Position numbers and translations under genes: made by a program
From: Chrysomallon squamiferum
Taxonomy: Eukaryota > Animalia > Mollusca
Length of the DNA: 64,000 bases
Direction of reading: 5' to 3'
Assembly (NCBI GenBank): GCA_012295275.1
Contig: CM022674.1
Span: 16,492,001-16,556,000 of the forward strand
Shown here: piece after piece, positions 61,943-64,000 of the stretch
Layout of the letters: every line of letters starts with the position of its first letter
Position numbering within the stretch: the first letter of the stretch is position 1
The notes under the pieces: model-generated
The model's input: the letters and a program-made list of their open reading frames with translations, nothing else
What the model was told of the DNA's origin: nothing
Database searches by the model: none

Positions 61943-62599
61943 GTAAACATTTTTTTTTTTTATCTCACGCAGTAGGGTGTTTAGCCATACCCTAATAGGG
62001 CCTCGTTCAAGCAGTGGAACGTTTTCTTAGCGATATTTAGATGTACTGTTTTCTGTGTTTCTTTAACATAGCAAATTGGTCCTAACTTATTTACTAAGCC
62101 ACGGATCGCAATTTTGTTTATACCTACATCATAGTGGATACTTGATATTATATATACTTTATATCTGTAGTATATGCAAATATATATATTATAATCAACA
62201 GTCACAGTTTTTTTATTACACGGTCATTGGGTCCACAAAAGGCGCAATCCCTAGACAAGAAACGAGCCATATTTAATAGATTCGTTATCACTCGAAACTA
62301 AGACCGCTTATGCGCTGGGCTCCGTGAAAATAGTGATGATGACAATATTTATAATAATCATAGTGACATGAGATAAAAGCCATCCAGTATAAAAAAAAAA
62401 AAAAAAAAAAACAACACATTAACAGTAGCGACGACAACAATGACAGCGGTAATAACAAAGCAGGACAAACTCACATAATAATAGGCTTATTATTGTTATT
62501 GGTGGTGGTGGTGGTGGTGGTGGTGGCGGTGGTGGTGGTGTTATTGTTTGTTTGTTTTTTATTTGATTTTTGTACATGGCTGCTTCTGTCACCTAACAC

Positions 62600-63000
62600 A
62601 GGCCACATCCAGACTCTTGGTCTTGTACAGCGATATAGAGAAGAGGAGGACGTGAAACTCTTCTGTGGCCTGCTAGATGGACTCGCCTTCTTACTAGTGG
62701 ATGATCTCCCTGAGGGTCTGTCATATCTACAGCAGCACATACCAGAAAGACTCGAACCTCTGCTGGACTACCTTGACAACACCTATGTGTCCTCATGAAG
62801 GGGAATCAAGAACCAACAACACATGCGAGGGATGGAACAGCGCCTTTGCAAATCTAGTTGGACATGTACACCCTACCATCTGGAGAGACATTGATAGCAC
62901 ACGCCCAGTCTAAATAAACGCGTGACGAACATTAATGCCGTGGCTGACGAATATTGTGCGAACTCATATTAAGACGTCTGTGATGGCGGGCCCACCATCT
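62600..63000 (+). mobile_element. Second MULE transposase fragment from a different subfamily
   Basis: HIQTLGLVQRY..LAFLLVDDLPEGLSYL..LLDYLDNTYV, then SRTNNTCEGWNSAFANLVGHVHPTIWRDID. Confidence 0.78.
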
Positions 63001-64000
63001 GTTACAGTGTGTAGCGAGTCAGACGCAATGAATGAAGGAAGAAATAACTAAAGACGGTAAGTTGAACTGATTTCACTTCCATGGTATTTGCTTGCGGTGT
63101 GTATGATTGGGCGTGTGTGTGTGTGTTGTGTGTATCGATGTACGCATGTATGTCGCGCAACGGTGATACTACAGGTACTACTACAATACTACTACTACTG
63201 CTAGTAATAATTCTGACATCAAGGGAAAACGCAACATCGGGAACAGTAACATTAACAGTAAAAAATATAACAACGATATAAAACAGCAACCACCACAGTA
63301 ACAACAACAACAACCACGGAAGCAGTGATATTAACAAAATGGTAAAAATGTCAGTTACTTAAATGAGAACAACATTAATAAAACACCGATGATACGACAC
63401 CAGCGTTAACAATCACAGTTAGACTTATATGAAGAAAAAAACTAACAACAACGGTATCACAACAACGTCAGAAACGATAGCAGTACAGGAATAACAGCAA
63501 TCATTTTAAAACATTAGTGAAAACTACAACATAATATTAAAATAAAGGCAACAGCGAGGACATCAATACAAATGATGATTACAATAATGATAAAATAATA
63601 ATAATTATGTGATGATGATGACGATGATGATAATGTCAACAGGAAAAACCAAAACATTAACGCAAAAGACCACAACGACGGCAGTAATTATATTAATTAA
63701 CAATGTATGAATAACAGTTTCCGTAAAAAGCGAAAAATTACAATGAGACAACAATAACAGAAGATACCAACGACAGCGACACCAATATAAATAATAATAA
63801 TAATAATAATAATCACGGTGAAAAGACCAACCGGCACAATAACATCATTAGCATTCATTATGCACAGATAAATAATTAAATCTAACGCTAGACTTGATCA
63901 TGTCAGTTTGTAATTAATGTTACGTTATAACAGTAAAAAACGTATTTCAGTTTTCTTTTTTCCTTTATCAGTTATATTTTTGGATGAATATTATTTTTTA

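Overview
AT-rich, microsatellite-dense, intron-containing animal DNA (lophotrochozoan, probably mollusc; inferred, not provable here). The window is a decaying innate-immunity locus. At each end is a + strand PARP of the CCCH-WWE-ART class (PARP7/11/12/13-like). Copy 1 (~1.3-6.8 kb) is complete but carries a premature TAG and probable frameshifts, and its tail ends in a cryptic CaaX motif (CVLQ*) reminiscent of ZAP-L. Copy 2 (~47.6-50.6 kb) is truncated before the catalytic exon. Between them is a tandem family of secreted signal peptide + PAN/Apple + fibrinogen-domain (FReD) genes: one intact 5-exon gene (41048..38502, minus, 326 aa) and at least seven relics, one inverted. The family carries a 40-bp array made of its own last codons plus stop, and has a shortened Ca-binding loop. 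The rest is Tc1/mariner, MULE, LINE and SINE relics, minisatellites (including a TTAGGG-bearing one) and local inverted duplications. Exon boundaries were read by eye from GT/AG and phase. No database searches were run.
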